From Oscillospiraceae bacterium (GTDB lineage: Bacteria; Bacillota; Clostridia; Oscillospirales; Acutalibacteraceae): DNA of 42,664 nucleotides. A program made the translations under genes and the position numbers. The stretch covers positions 1 through 42,664 of the forward strand of contig SVOX01000001.1 of NCBI GenBank assembly GCA_015066165.1, written 5' to 3'. Below, piece after piece: positions 18,278 through 27,832 of the stretch (the stretch's first letter is position 1; each line of letters opens with the position of its first letter). The notes beneath the pieces were generated by a model. That model did not search any database, had not been told where the DNA came from, and was given only the letters and a program-made list of their open reading frames with translations.

Positions 18278-21200
18278 TTATTTAGTTTTCTTTGACTTTG
18301 CACTTGACCAAGCGGAATAGTACTTCTTGCCCTTATAAGTCTTATAGGTACGAACTCTTACATAGTAAGTTTTCTTTGGCTTTAACTTTTTAAGCGTAGT
18401 AGAAGTAATTGAATTCTTCTTGAGTGTTACAGTCTTTGCAGACTTAAATGTCTTTGAAGTGCTGTACTGGATTTGATAACCCGAAGCACTCTTTTGTTTT
18501 TGGATTTTAACTTTCAAGCTCTTCTTTGCGGCTGTAAGTTTAGATACTTTTGAATTCTTTGGTACAATTTCAAAGTAAATTGACTTTGTTCCGCTGTAGT
18601 TGCCCTTGAAGGTTACAGTAATCTTATACTTGCCATAGTTCTTTCTACCGCTTGCATACTTAACTGTGTAGTTGCCAGAACCTATTACCTTGCCGTTTGC
18701 ATCTTTAACTGTTACAGCAGGTTTCTTTGTCTTGCCGTTATAGGTAATCTTTTCAGTTGTTGTAACACTTGCAATTTTAGCAATTGGAGTAGCGTTTAAA
18801 GTATGTCCACATACTGAACATTTGGTTAACAATGAACCGTTAGCGGTAAGTGTTGCCTTTCCGCCAAGTACAGTTACCTGTTTATGTCCAAGTGCTGTGC
18901 CTTGGGTTTCGCCGCATAAAGTACATGTTTTTGGCGCCGTACAAGTAGCATTTGTCCAGTTATGCATACAAGAACTGTAATTCCAAGTCAATTCTTGATC
19001 TGTTTCATAGTCATCAATTCTCATTTGCGCTCTGTCGTCTCTTGTGCCTTCGTAATTAATAACTACGTCGCCACAACCAAAGAACGCATTGTCTCCTATC
19101 GACTTAACCGATTTTGGAATGTAAACAGTTTTTAAATTCTTTTGATTGTTAAATGCATACTCGGCAATAATTTCAGTACCGTTTTTAATATAAACTTCGT
19201 TACCGGATGTGCCCTTGTAATGATAGAACGCATTTTCAAGATATACAGCACCGTTAGGTTGGCTGTTATACCATTTAGTACCATGGAAAGCATAACCTAA
19301 TGCTTCAAGATTTGATGGTAAATCAATATTCATAAGATTTTCACAATCTTCGAAACATCTGTAAGCAATATCGGTTACACTATCAGGAATATCTACCGAC
19401 TGAATATCGGTGTTATAGAATGCTCCTTCAGATAAGTAGGTTGCATTTTGCGATAATTTAAGATTCTTAATCAAAGTATTTGCAAATGCACCATCACCTA
19501 TCATCAATACGTTATCAGGTATTGTCACGTCTTCAAGTTTTGTATCAAAGAATGCCAGTTTACCTATTTCAAACAAGTTTGGACCGAATTTAATGTCCTT
19601 AATATTTGTTTCATAGAAAGCGTATGCATCGATATTTTCCAAACTGTCGGGTAAATCTACTTCAGTAATATTTGATCTTTCAAAAGCGGCAGCACCGATT
19701 GCTACAAGACCTTCAGATAAGGTTACTTCTTCAAGATCAGAGCCACAGAATGCTTCAGCGCCAATTTCCTTAACGCCCAACGGAATATTTGCCGAAAGTA
19801 TTCCGCTGTTTTTAAATGCACGTGTTTCTAATTTTTTAAGTGCAGACGGAATATTAACATCAGTAAGGTTTACACAGTTTTCAAACGCACCGTATGAAAT
19901 TGATGTAAGTGTACTGGGAAGAACAACCTTTTGAAGTTCGGTGCTTCCTACAAACGCATAATAAGCAATTTCTTTAACGCTGTTTGAAACCGTTACACTT
20001 GTAAGTGCGCTGTTTTTAAATGCTCCATTTGAAATTGTTTTAACCGTAGAAGGCATTTCATATTCGCCTGTTTTTTCGGGGTCACAGGAATAAATAACAG
20101 TTTTATCGGTATTATAGAGAATTCCATCTTCCCAAATATAACCTGTGTTATTTTCGCCTTCAAATTCAAGTTCAAAACTATAAGCGCCGTTTATGTAAAG
20201 TTCAATATTGGTAACAGTTGCACGAACAGTGTGCTTGGTTTCTTTGGCAGCAGGAATTGCAACCATTTTGGTTACATCTTTGTCGTAAACAATGCCGTCG
20301 AGAGATTTATACTCGGGGTTGGCTTCATCTACTACAATTTCTTTAAGAGCGCAAGCGTCTTGGAAAATCTTGTTGTTAAGCGCTTCAACACCGGTACCTA
20401 CTGTGATTTTTTCTACGCTTTCATTATCTTGGAACATACCGTCTGAAAGTTTTGTTACACAGTCGGGAATTATAACTTCTTTATAAGTTCCGCCGTTTAG
20501 TGATACTATTGCAGTAACGGGATATCCGCCCAATTCTTCGGGTATTTCCAAAGTTTCAAAGTCATAATATACACCGGTAATTATTGCTTCTTCATTTTGA
20601 ACCAAATAACAGAAACCGTCATCACTGTAATTTTCTTCGGTAATGCTTACTTGAGTATCAAGCCACTGTCCCATGACCTCAACACTCACATTATAAACAT
20701 TTCCAACTTCCCAATTATCTTGCCATTGAGGATATTCTTCATCGGTCCAAGCAGGGTATTTTTTACCTTCAAATTCATATCCGTCACCGGAACACTTGAT
20801 TTCGGTACCGTTTTTGAGATATATAGTATAACTCAACAAATCTCTCCAGCGATACACTGTTCCTACATCTTCGTCATAATAAGAATCTGATTCCGACATT
20901 ATTATGGGTTCTACTGTAATATAATCTACAGGGCTTTCAGCAACTTCTACATTAAATTGATAAGTTTTGCCCAACAATTCAACAGTGACGTTATAAGTGT
21001 TTCCTGCTTCCCAGTATTCATCCCATTGGCTGTCTTCCCAGTCCAATTCATACTCTTGACCATCATATTCGAAACTATAACCTGTAAAGGTTTCTTCGGT
21101 TCCGTCTTTAAATGTTATGGTGTATGAAATTTTATCTTGGTAATAATATCTTTCTGTAAGGTCGCCCTCTGGATATCTATTATTAACACCTTCATAAAGT

Positions 21201-24200
21201 TTTAAATCATGGAATTCAATGTTTTCAATAAACTCTTCCAGTTTTGTAAGTTTTACAACACAAGAATCAGCGCTTGAACCATAGAAGCCAATGTGGAAAT
21301 AATAGGTTTGACCGGCAGTAAGGTCACATATTAATTTGAAATTACGGTTATCGGCATCATCCGAAGAACCGAATTCTCTGTTTTCAGAATTGCAAATAAC
21401 AACATACGGGTCTGCACTAGAGCCCTTGGATTCAAATGCATAAGTGCCGTCTTCTGCGGGTGTGAAAGCAAAATATTTTATTTCAGGACCTGTAACTGTT
21501 TCATTTTTATTGAGAACAAGTTGTGTCGGATTTGAAGCATTAACAGTAACCGAAACAGGAACATTTTTGCCCATTACATCAACTGTCACTTGATAAGTAC
21601 CGCCAACCTGCCAGTTTTCTTCTTCTTGGTCATCCCACCAGTCAAGATAGTATTCCTTGCCTTCAAAAACAATATAAGGATATTCGCCACTCATAACATT
21701 ACTTGTTACGGTTGTACCGTTTGCAAGGGTGATTTCGCAAGTTTTAATTTTGTCAACATAATTATAGCGATAATATTCGCCTGCGGAAACATGTTCTTGT
21801 TCGTCTTCATCCCAAATCCACTTTTCAGTCCAATAACCGTTAAGATGTTCAACGGTAATTGGGTTGAATTCTATTTTCTTTATAGGATCGGCAATAATTG
21901 TTATGGGAGCAGTGTATTTTTCACCGTAAACGGTAATTGTAGCGTTATAAGTATTGCCCACTTTCCAACCTTGTTGATGTTGATCATCAGCCCAATCCAT
22001 ATAAACGGATTGGCCTAAATATTCATCCCAATATCCAAGGCCTGTTTTGGTTATAGTCCTACCGTCCTTATATGTAACTGTGTAGGTTAATTTATCGGCA
22101 TAATCATAATCAAACCATTCATGTTCGCCGTAATAACCGTCAACGTTTTCAATAAGTTTTAACGGCTCAAACGAAATGCTCTTAATTGGGCTTTCAAATT
22201 TTGTAAGTTTTACGGTTATGGTTTCTTCCCTGTTTCTGCCGTCAATTCCAAAATAGTATGTTTTGCCCGCTTCAAGATCACATTCTAATTTAAAATCCAA
22301 ATCATATCTGCTGTCATCGTCACTTGCGATTTGGTTGAAATTTTCATCATAAAGATATACGTACGGATCGATAACTTCGCTATCAGAGAATGACTCTAAA
22401 TAATAGGTTGAATTAACCGAAGGTGTAAACTCATAATATACATTTTTGCCTCTTATAGTTGTAACGCTTGTATCTTGATTTAATACAAGTTTTGGGAAAG
22501 TTGGTTCCTTTACAGTAACCTTTACGGGAATTTCAAAACTTCCCACTTCAATAATAGCGTCATAAGTGTTACCAATTGTCCATTGATTTTGATGTTGAGT
22601 ATCTTCGCTATCAATGTGCAATCTTGTACCTTCAAAATCAATATATGCGCCGTCTTCAGTGCCTAATGCTGTACCGGTTATAACTTCATCGTTAGTAAGC
22701 GTTATTTTGTAAGAAATTTTATCTTCATACTTATAACGGTAATATTCTACGTCTTGTTGGTTTTCTTCATCCCAATAAAAACTCCAATAACCGTCTTTTA
22801 TTCTTTCAACAGTAATTGGTTCAATTTCAATTTTCTTAACGGGGTTAGCCGCAACCGTTACGGGAAATTCGTATGTTTGGCCCATAAAATCAACTGTTGC
22901 GGTGTAGTTTTGACCTGCTTTCCAATGATTATTATGTTGGTCATCATAATAAGAAAAATCAAACCAGTCGCCTTCATAATTGAATCCACTACCCTGACCT
23001 TCAATTACTTCACCGTCAGCCATTGTGATTTTATATTTCGGATACCAATAATAGTAGAAATACTCTACATTTTCTTCTGTTTCATAATCCCAGCGATTGG
23101 TCCAATATCCTTCACTCAAACCTTCATAAACAATAATGGGCTCAAACTCAACTTCGGCTACGGGACTTTCTTTAATGGTAACAGGCACTACATAATCTTC
23201 GCCCATAAACTGAACTGTTACGTCATACGTTTCGCCTGCAACCCATCTGTTTTCATATGAAGGATATGATTTATCAATCACAAGTCGGTATTCTTCATAT
23301 ACGTTACCACAGTCATGACAAATCCAATCGTCTCTAAATGTTGATTCACAACCGTCGGTAAATTTAACGGTGTAATCTAAATAATTCCACCAATAATATG
23401 CATAATATTTGCCGTTTTCATCATCTATACGATTTTCGCATTTTGTGCCTTCTGTAATAGAAATAGGTCTGAAATCTATGCTTTCAACTGTACTCTCGGT
23501 TATTTCGGCAGAAATAGAATAAGTTCCGCCTTGATCCCCTTCGAAAATTTCAAGTCTTTGAACAGAGAAATAATAGGTTTCGTCGGCTTTTAAATAAACG
23601 TTTAATTTTCCGCCAGAATCGTAACTTAAATATTCAGTGTTAATTTCATTAAATTCCTTATCAAATGCTATCATGCGACCGTATGCATCTTCTTCAACTT
23701 GGAATTTATACAAACCGCTCTCTTGAGGTTTTATAACATAACAAGCATCGTTGTCTTCATAGGTATAATCGAAAGTTGTGATACTGCTAAGGTCCATTTC
23801 TTCCGGTTCAGCAATAGTAACATCTACTTCGGCTTCGCCATAAGTCCACTCAACTGTTTCGGTATGAGTTTTTCCGGGAAGCCAGGTATCACCAACGAAA
23901 TCTTCATCATAATAATATCCAAAATCAATATAATATGATTTGTCTCCAACCTCAAACCATGCACGGTTAGACCACTCGCTTTCAAACTCTAACGGATATT
24001 CTTGCTCGCTTTCATCAGAAAATACAACTGTCACAAATTCAATATTTTTATACCAATTATGGTACTCATAATAATACTTAGAATATGTGTGATAAAAATC
24101 ACCGTTTCTCAAAGCTTCAATAGTTATGTCATCAAGTTTAATGTCATAAACAGTTTTAGAACCTTTAGTAACCATTAACGGCACTGCGTAAATTGCATAA

Positions 24201-24580
24201 TTATCATACGCAACACAAAAAACGCTCAAATAATATGTTTCGCCTGCAGTAAGGTAATATTCCATGCGGAAATTATCACCTTCGCCCTCATCGCAACCGC
24301 CTTGCTCAAGTCCCACATCGTTTTGTTGTGAATCATAAAGATATGCTTCTACATCTATGTCCGCAAACGATTCAAAAACATAATTACCTGTTTTTTGGGG
24401 TGTGAACGAAAAATATTTTGTCTCTCCTCCCTCAAAATTTACTGTTTGTTGCTCATCGAGAACAAGTTCGGTAGATTCTTGTCCCCAAGGAATGGTTGCA
24501 AATACTGCAGTGCTCATAACTGACATAAGCATAACTACAGCCAGTACAACTGCAACCGTCTTTTTGAAAATTGAGTTCAT
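18278..24580 (-). CDS. Giant secreted multidomain surface/adhesin-like protein (2,100 aa): signal peptide, PPC-like domains, W/Y-rich repeat modules, BspA-type LRRs, Cys-rich segment, Ig-like and FN3-like C-terminus
   Basis: One uninterrupted ORF. SD AAGGAGGG lies 6 nt upstream. The signal peptide is MNSIFKKTVAVVLAVVMLMSVMSTAVFA. Domain calls were made by eye and are detailed in the sub-features and findings. I see no LPXTG, SLH or choline-binding anchor. Confidence 0.9.
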   Translation of the reverse strand: MNSIFKKTVAVVLAVVMLMSVMSTAVFATIPWGQESTELVLDEQQTVNFEGGETKYFSFTPQKTGNYVFESFADIDVEAYLYDSQQNDVGLEQGGCDEGEGDNFRMEYYLTAGETYYLSVFCVAYDNYAIYAVPLMVTKGSKTVYDIKLDDITIEALRNGDFYHTYSKYYYEYHNWYKNIEFVTVVFSDESEQEYPLEFESEWSNRAWFEVGDKSYYIDFGYYYDEDFVGDTWLPGKTHTETVEWTYGEAEVDVTIAEPEEMDLSSITTFDYTYEDNDACYVIKPQESGLYKFQVEEDAYGRMIAFDKEFNEINTEYLSYDSGGKLNVYLKADETYYFSVQRLEIFEGDQGGTYSISAEITESTVESIDFRPISITEGTKCENRIDDENGKYYAYYWWNYLDYTVKFTDGCESTFRDDWICHDCGNVYEEYRLVIDKSYPSYENRWVAGETYDVTVQFMGEDYVVPVTIKESPVAEVEFEPIIVYEGLSEGYWTNRWDYETEENVEYFYYYWYPKYKITMADGEVIEGQGSGFNYEGDWFDFSYYDDQHNNHWKAGQNYTATVDFMGQTYEFPVTVAANPVKKIEIEPITVERIKDGYWSFYWDEENQQDVEYYRYKYEDKISYKITLTNDEVITGTALGTEDGAYIDFEGTRLHIDSEDTQHQNQWTIGNTYDAIIEVGSFEIPVKVTVKEPTFPKLVLNQDTSVTTIRGKNVYYEFTPSVNSTYYLESFSDSEVIDPYVYLYDENFNQIASDDDSRYDLDFKLECDLEAGKTYYFGIDGRNREETITVKLTKFESPIKSISFEPLKLIENVDGYYGEHEWFDYDYADKLTYTVTYKDGRTITKTGLGYWDEYLGQSVYMDWADDQHQQGWKVGNTYNATITVYGEKYTAPITIIADPIKKIEFNPITVEHLNGYWTEKWIWDEDEQEHVSAGEYYRYNYVDKIKTCEITLANGTTVTSNVMSGEYPYIVFEGKEYYLDWWDDQEEENWQVGGTYQVTVDVMGKNVPVSVTVNASNPTQLVLNKNETVTGPEIKYFAFTPAEDGTYAFESKGSSADPYVVICNSENREFGSSDDADNRNFKLICDLTAGQTYYFHIGFYGSSADSCVVKLTKLEEFIENIEFHDLKLYEGVNNRYPEGDLTERYYYQDKISYTITFKDGTEETFTGYSFEYDGQEYELDWEDSQWDEYWEAGNTYNVTVELLGKTYQFNVEVAESPVDYITVEPIIMSESDSYYDEDVGTVYRWRDLLSYTIYLKNGTEIKCSGDGYEFEGKKYPAWTDEEYPQWQDNWEVGNVYNVSVEVMGQWLDTQVSITEENYSDDGFCYLVQNEEAIITGVYYDFETLEIPEELGGYPVTAIVSLNGGTYKEVIIPDCVTKLSDGMFQDNESVEKITVGTGVEALNNKIFQDACALKEIVVDEANPEYKSLDGIVYDKDVTKMVAIPAAKETKHTVRATVTNIELYINGAYSFELEFEGENNTGYIWEDGILYNTDKTVIYSCDPEKTGEYEMPSTVKTISNGAFKNSALTSVTVSNSVKEIAYYAFVGSTELQKVVLPSTLTSISYGAFENCVNLTDVNIPSALKKLETRAFKNSGILSANIPLGVKEIGAEAFCGSDLEEVTLSEGLVAIGAAAFERSNITEVDLPDSLENIDAYAFYETNIKDIKFGPNLFEIGKLAFFDTKLEDVTIPDNVLMIGDGAFANTLIKNLKLSQNATYLSEGAFYNTDIQSVDIPDSVTDIAYRCFEDCENLMNIDLPSNLEALGYAFHGTKWYNSQPNGAVYLENAFYHYKGTSGNEVYIKNGTEIIAEYAFNNQKNLKTVYIPKSVKSIGDNAFFGCGDVVINYEGTRDDRAQMRIDDYETDQELTWNYSSCMHNWTNATCTAPKTCTLCGETQGTALGHKQVTVLGGKATLTANGSLLTKCSVCGHTLNATPIAKIASVTTTEKITYNGKTKKPAVTVKDANGKVIGSGNYTVKYASGRKNYGKYKITVTFKGNYSGTKSIYFEIVPKNSKVSKLTAAKKSLKVKIQKQKSASGYQIQYSTSKTFKSAKTVTLKKNSITSTTLKKLKPKKTYYVRVRTYKTYKGKKYYSAWSSAKSKKTK
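19046..20617 (-). repeat. BspA-type leucine-rich repeat region (aa ~1322-1845)
   Basis: ~23-aa repeats of the form (I/V)xIPxSVxxIGxxAFxxCxxLxx(V/I), for example VTVSNSVKEIAYYAFVGSTELQKVVLPSTLTSISYGAFENCVNLTDVNIPSALKKLETRAFKNS. Confidence 0.75.
20645..24496 (-). repeat. Protein-level super-repeat region (aa ~29-1312): four PPC-like domains, each followed by 1-3 copies of a ~100-115-aa W/Y/E/D-rich module
   Basis: PPC-like signature (K/N)xYYxFTPxxxGxYxFES...Y(L/V)YD...DDxxxxNFKLxxxLxAGxTYYFxI occurs near aa 40, 262, 697 and 1018. The module signature is PV..IEFEPI...E...GYW....W......EYY.Y.Y..KI.Y.ITL.(D/N)G......G...E...(Y/F).....DDQ....W..G.TY..TV...G......VTV. It recurs at least 8 times, diverged at the DNA level. 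Confidence 0.6.
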
Positions 24581-24601
24581 AAAAAACCCTCCTTATTATA
24601 A

Positions 24602-25918
24602 TCAATGCCTGTCACAAAGACCCGGCACATTTTCCCGTGTGTAATATCCCATTCGTATAAACGAACAACCCGCTTTAAACTTTTTACCGCTTTCGGTACA
24701 ATAGGCAACTTTGGTTAAACCGCCTTTGTAAGCAAACTTGCGTTTAAAGTTTGTTTTGTTTTCATAAATTTTATTAACTGCATTGCCAAAATATTCAGCC
24801 GCATTATTTTTAACACTTTCGCCGTGCCACAAAGCAATGCTGTATTCAGGCGTCACACCAACAAACCAGTTATTTTCACCGTTGTCGTCTGTTCCGGTTT
24901 TACCCGCAACTTCAACCTTTTCACATTTGGCTTTTTCACCTGTACCGCCTTTTGTTACAACCTCTTTTAACATTTGGTTCAAAATATCGGCAGTAGATGC
25001 TTTAATAACCTGCTTTGGCGAATATTGGCGCTCGTAAACTGTTTTGCCTTTGTTATCACAAATTTTTACAACCGTTTTTGGCGCTTCGTATTTTCCGCTA
25101 TTGGCAAAAATTTGATAATAACCTGCCATATCAACAGTGCTTACACCGTTGGTTAAAAGCCCTAAAGCAATGTTGCCAATTACTTCGTCAGCGCCTTTGG
25201 CTTTGGACGCTATTTTTTCAGCCGAAACCGGTATATTAAAATTGGTTTCCAAAAACTCTATTGACTTATTAACACCGTAATCTGCAAGGCATTTAACCGC
25301 CGCAGTATTAAGCGATTCCTTAATTGCCTGGTAAATATATACGTAACGTTCGCTGTAATACTCGGTAGAATTTGCAGGCCAAGGTCTCATAACGCCTTCA
25401 AGATTTTTAACGTATTTATAAGGCGAATCTTCATACCTACTGGACCAATTTATTGTGCCGTCGTCAACCGCAGGCGCATATACGCTAAGCGGTTTAAAAC
25501 TCGAACACGGCCTATGCGTTGCAGTGGCAAAATTTTCGCCCTTGTTACCTTTTTTTGTGCTGTAAACTGCAATAATATTCGCTTGAGTATCGGTAACGGT
25601 GGCCGCAATATCGGTTTCGCCGTCTTTTTCGCTAAGCGCTTTTGCAAGATTTTGGTTAACTTCGGTTTCCAAAGCGGTGTAAACGGTGTAACCGCCTTTA
25701 TAAAGAAGTTTTTTTGCCTCGTCTTCGTTTATTTTATTAAGGTTGGCAATTATTTTAACCGCTTCGTCAACCGCTATTTCCAAATACGATTTATTTTCGT
25801 TTTTCCTGACAGCACGGTCAGATTTTAAGGTGGCAAAAATTTGCCCATCGCTTGACATAACCTTTAATGCGTTTTTAGAACCGCAGCCGCAAAGGGTGCA
25901 AAAAATTGCCAAACACAA
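24602..25918 (-). CDS. Penicillin-binding protein transpeptidase-domain lipoprotein (class-A-like linker plus TP domain, no glycosyltransferase domain)
   Basis: Motifs are SxxK as CSSFKP, and KTGT followed by NNWFVGVTPEYSIALWHG. The N-terminus LCLAIFCTLCGCGS is lipobox-like. The tracked start is TTG 25918. The frame is open to 25942 (ATT), which would give (M)KRIVSAVLCLAIFCTLCGC, so the start is uncertain. Confidence 0.75.
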   Translation of the reverse strand: MCLAIFCTLCGCGSKNALKVMSSDGQIFATLKSDRAVRKNENKSYLEIAVDEAVKIIANLNKINEDEAKKLLYKGGYTVYTALETEVNQNLAKALSEKDGETDIAATVTDTQANIIAVYSTKKGNKGENFATATHRPCSSFKPLSVYAPAVDDGTINWSSRYEDSPYKYVKNLEGVMRPWPANSTEYYSERYVYIYQAIKESLNTAAVKCLADYGVNKSIEFLETNFNIPVSAEKIASKAKGADEVIGNIALGLLTNGVSTVDMAGYYQIFANSGKYEAPKTVVKICDNKGKTVYERQYSPKQVIKASTADILNQMLKEVVTKGGTGEKAKCEKVEVAGKTGTDDNGENNWFVGVTPEYSIALWHGESVKNNAAEYFGNAVNKIYENKTNFKRKFAYKGGLTKVAYCTESGKKFKAGCSFIRMGYYTRENVPGLCDRH

Positions 25919-25937
25919 AACGGCAGATACTATTCTT

Positions 25938-27650
25938 TTAATTTAAATCACCCGTTTCTTTTGTGATTTTTTCAATATAATCTAAAATATCATTAGGCAA
26001 GGTTGTAATTGGCTTTTCGTTAATCATACTGCCAAACTTGCTGATATATTGTTCACTCGCTTCCATTCCGGCTTTTAAAGACAAAAGTTCATCCTTTAAA
26101 ACCTTTGCGCTTGAAGTATCACCCATTTGCTCATAAGCCATTATTCCGTTCACAAGCATAACACCGTACTCACGAAGTTCGGTATATCTGAAACGTATTC
26201 TTGAAAGAGATGCGTTTTTGTTTTCTATTACACCCCTAAAGTCGCCCTTTGAGTAACAATATTTTGCCTTTATGCTGTAAGGCGCATAATAGTGAGTATT
26301 TTGTTCTAAAATTTCGTTTGCAATATCATTTGCCGCAGCAATGTCGGTTTGCTGTTCAAGCAATAATAACTTATTGCGTGTGTTATACGGATAAAGTGCG
26401 TCCGAAGTTTCATAAGCCGTGAACTGCGAAAGCGCCAGTGCAACACACATATAAACGTTTATCACCGCAAACACAAATGCTAACATTTTTGCTGACTTTA
26501 CGTTATTCACAGTAACAATTTTACCGTCTTGGTCATCTAAAAACAAAAGGAACAGCAAAAACATTCCAACAAACTGTAAATTGAAATCGAACATACTGTG
26601 AAGCGAAATTGTTGCAACTATTATCTTTTCGGCAATATTTACGTGTTTTTTAAAAAAGAAACGTACCACCGCCGCAAAAAACATAACAGCGGGAATAACA
26701 CCAACGTCAAGCGCCAACTGTAAAAAATCGTTATGAACGTAAGATACATTGTAAACACCGGTTTGTATTGAACCCTGAACAAACTGGTATCCCATATAAC
26801 CCATACCAAACGGATATTTGAGTAACAACGGCAGTGAGTCAAAAATATAAAGCAGACGTCCAATAAAAGTACTTTGGGTAAGCCCGATTTTAAGATAACG
26901 GCTTAAAACGTTGCCATCGGGTCCCAAAAACGCAATAAGCGTAACTGCCAAAACCACAACCGCCGAAACCGAAAAAATCAAAATACGCATTTTCTTTGAC
27001 GCATTTGTCAAAACCATAAAAAAGTTTGAAACCAAAAACAATATAAACGCTGTTCGGCTACCGGTGTAAAGCAAACCGCCAATTAAAACCGCCAAAGTTA
27101 TAAAATCAAGCCATTTAAAACGGGTTTTCTTTAAAAGCAAAAGTTCACAGACTAATAGCAACAAAGCAAATGTGTTTGGATATTGAAAAAAACCGGCAAG
27201 TCGTTCTGAAACCAAGAACATGCTTTTTAAAGGCGGAACTAAACTGGCTAAAACCGAAATTAAGGTAATTACCGCCACAAAATAAGGTAAAATTTCAAAT
27301 ATCTTTTTCTTTTTTTGCGGTTGAGCCAACAAAATTACATAAACCGCCAATGGCAAAAAACGCAGAAAACCAATAAACGCCATGCCTGTATCTATTGCCC
27401 AAAGCATTGTAAGAGCATAGAACCCAACCACCGCAAATACCGAAACGGTTAAAAGATTTAACCTTATTTGAAAACTTTTTTGCTTTAAAATCTTAAAAAT
27501 TAAGAAAAATAAAAGTACCGCCGATATTAAACAAGCCAAATAATCGTTAAAACCGCCTACTAAAATGAACGATAAAAGCAAAATTACATCAGAAAAATCG
27601 CAATGTTCGTTAATTCTTGTTTTCAAACCGCTAAACGACACACAGCTCAT
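25938..27650 (-). CDS. O-antigen ligase / Wzy_C-family polytopic membrane protein with a C-terminal soluble helical (TPR-like) domain
   Basis: 570 aa with about 12 hydrophobic segments. The YTGSRTAFILFL motif is typical of the Wzy_C loop region. The last ~170 aa are non-hydrophobic and helical-repeat-like. GGGGG abuts ATG 27650, and GTG 27641 has better spacing, so the start is uncertain by 9 nt. Confidence 0.7.
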   Translation of the reverse strand: MSCVSFSGLKTRINEHCDFSDVILLLSFILVGGFNDYLACLISAVLLFFLIFKILKQKSFQIRLNLLTVSVFAVVGFYALTMLWAIDTGMAFIGFLRFLPLAVYVILLAQPQKKKKIFEILPYFVAVITLISVLASLVPPLKSMFLVSERLAGFFQYPNTFALLLLVCELLLLKKTRFKWLDFITLAVLIGGLLYTGSRTAFILFLVSNFFMVLTNASKKMRILIFSVSAVVVLAVTLIAFLGPDGNVLSRYLKIGLTQSTFIGRLLYIFDSLPLLLKYPFGMGYMGYQFVQGSIQTGVYNVSYVHNDFLQLALDVGVIPAVMFFAAVVRFFFKKHVNIAEKIIVATISLHSMFDFNLQFVGMFLLFLLFLDDQDGKIVTVNNVKSAKMLAFVFAVINVYMCVALALSQFTAYETSDALYPYNTRNKLLLLEQQTDIAAANDIANEILEQNTHYYAPYSIKAKYCYSKGDFRGVIENKNASLSRIRFRYTELREYGVMLVNGIMAYEQMGDTSSAKVLKDELLSLKAGMEASEQYISKFGSMINEKPITTLPNDILDYIEKITKETGDLN

Positions 27651-27682
27651 CCCCCAATGTAATTAATATATAAGTATATTAT

Positions 27683-27711
27683 ATATTAACATATTTATTT
27701 TAACCCGTCAA
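27683..27711 (-). promoter_or_regulatory. Putative extended -10 promoter for the Wzy_C-PBP-giant protein operon
   Basis: Minus strand reads TTGACG (27711-27706), a 17-nt spacer ending in TGT, then TAATAT (27688-27683). Confidence 0.5.
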
Positions 27712-27832
27712 TAGCGGTTGGTGTATTTTAACCATAAATTTTAATACAAAATTCGAATGAAAATGCGAACTTTAAAAATCTGTAAGTCCCAAAATTTATT
27801 CGTATCTGTGCCAATGTGGATATAATAAATTA

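Noticed and set aside
20231-23938. Several 60-170-aa plus-strand ORFs inside the giant gene (for example 22754..23260, 21590..22018, 20597..20890)
   Set aside because: All are antisense to a continuous 6.3-kb ORF with obvious domain content. Their translations are I/F/N-rich mirror products of the W/Y/E/D-rich sense frame.
27758-27826. 22-codon plus-strand ORF (MKMRTLKICKSQNLFVSVPMWI) just upstream of repeat copy A's terminator
   Set aside because: It has no SD or recognisable promoter and sits in an AT-rich intergenic context. The terminator that follows it belongs to the repeat unit.
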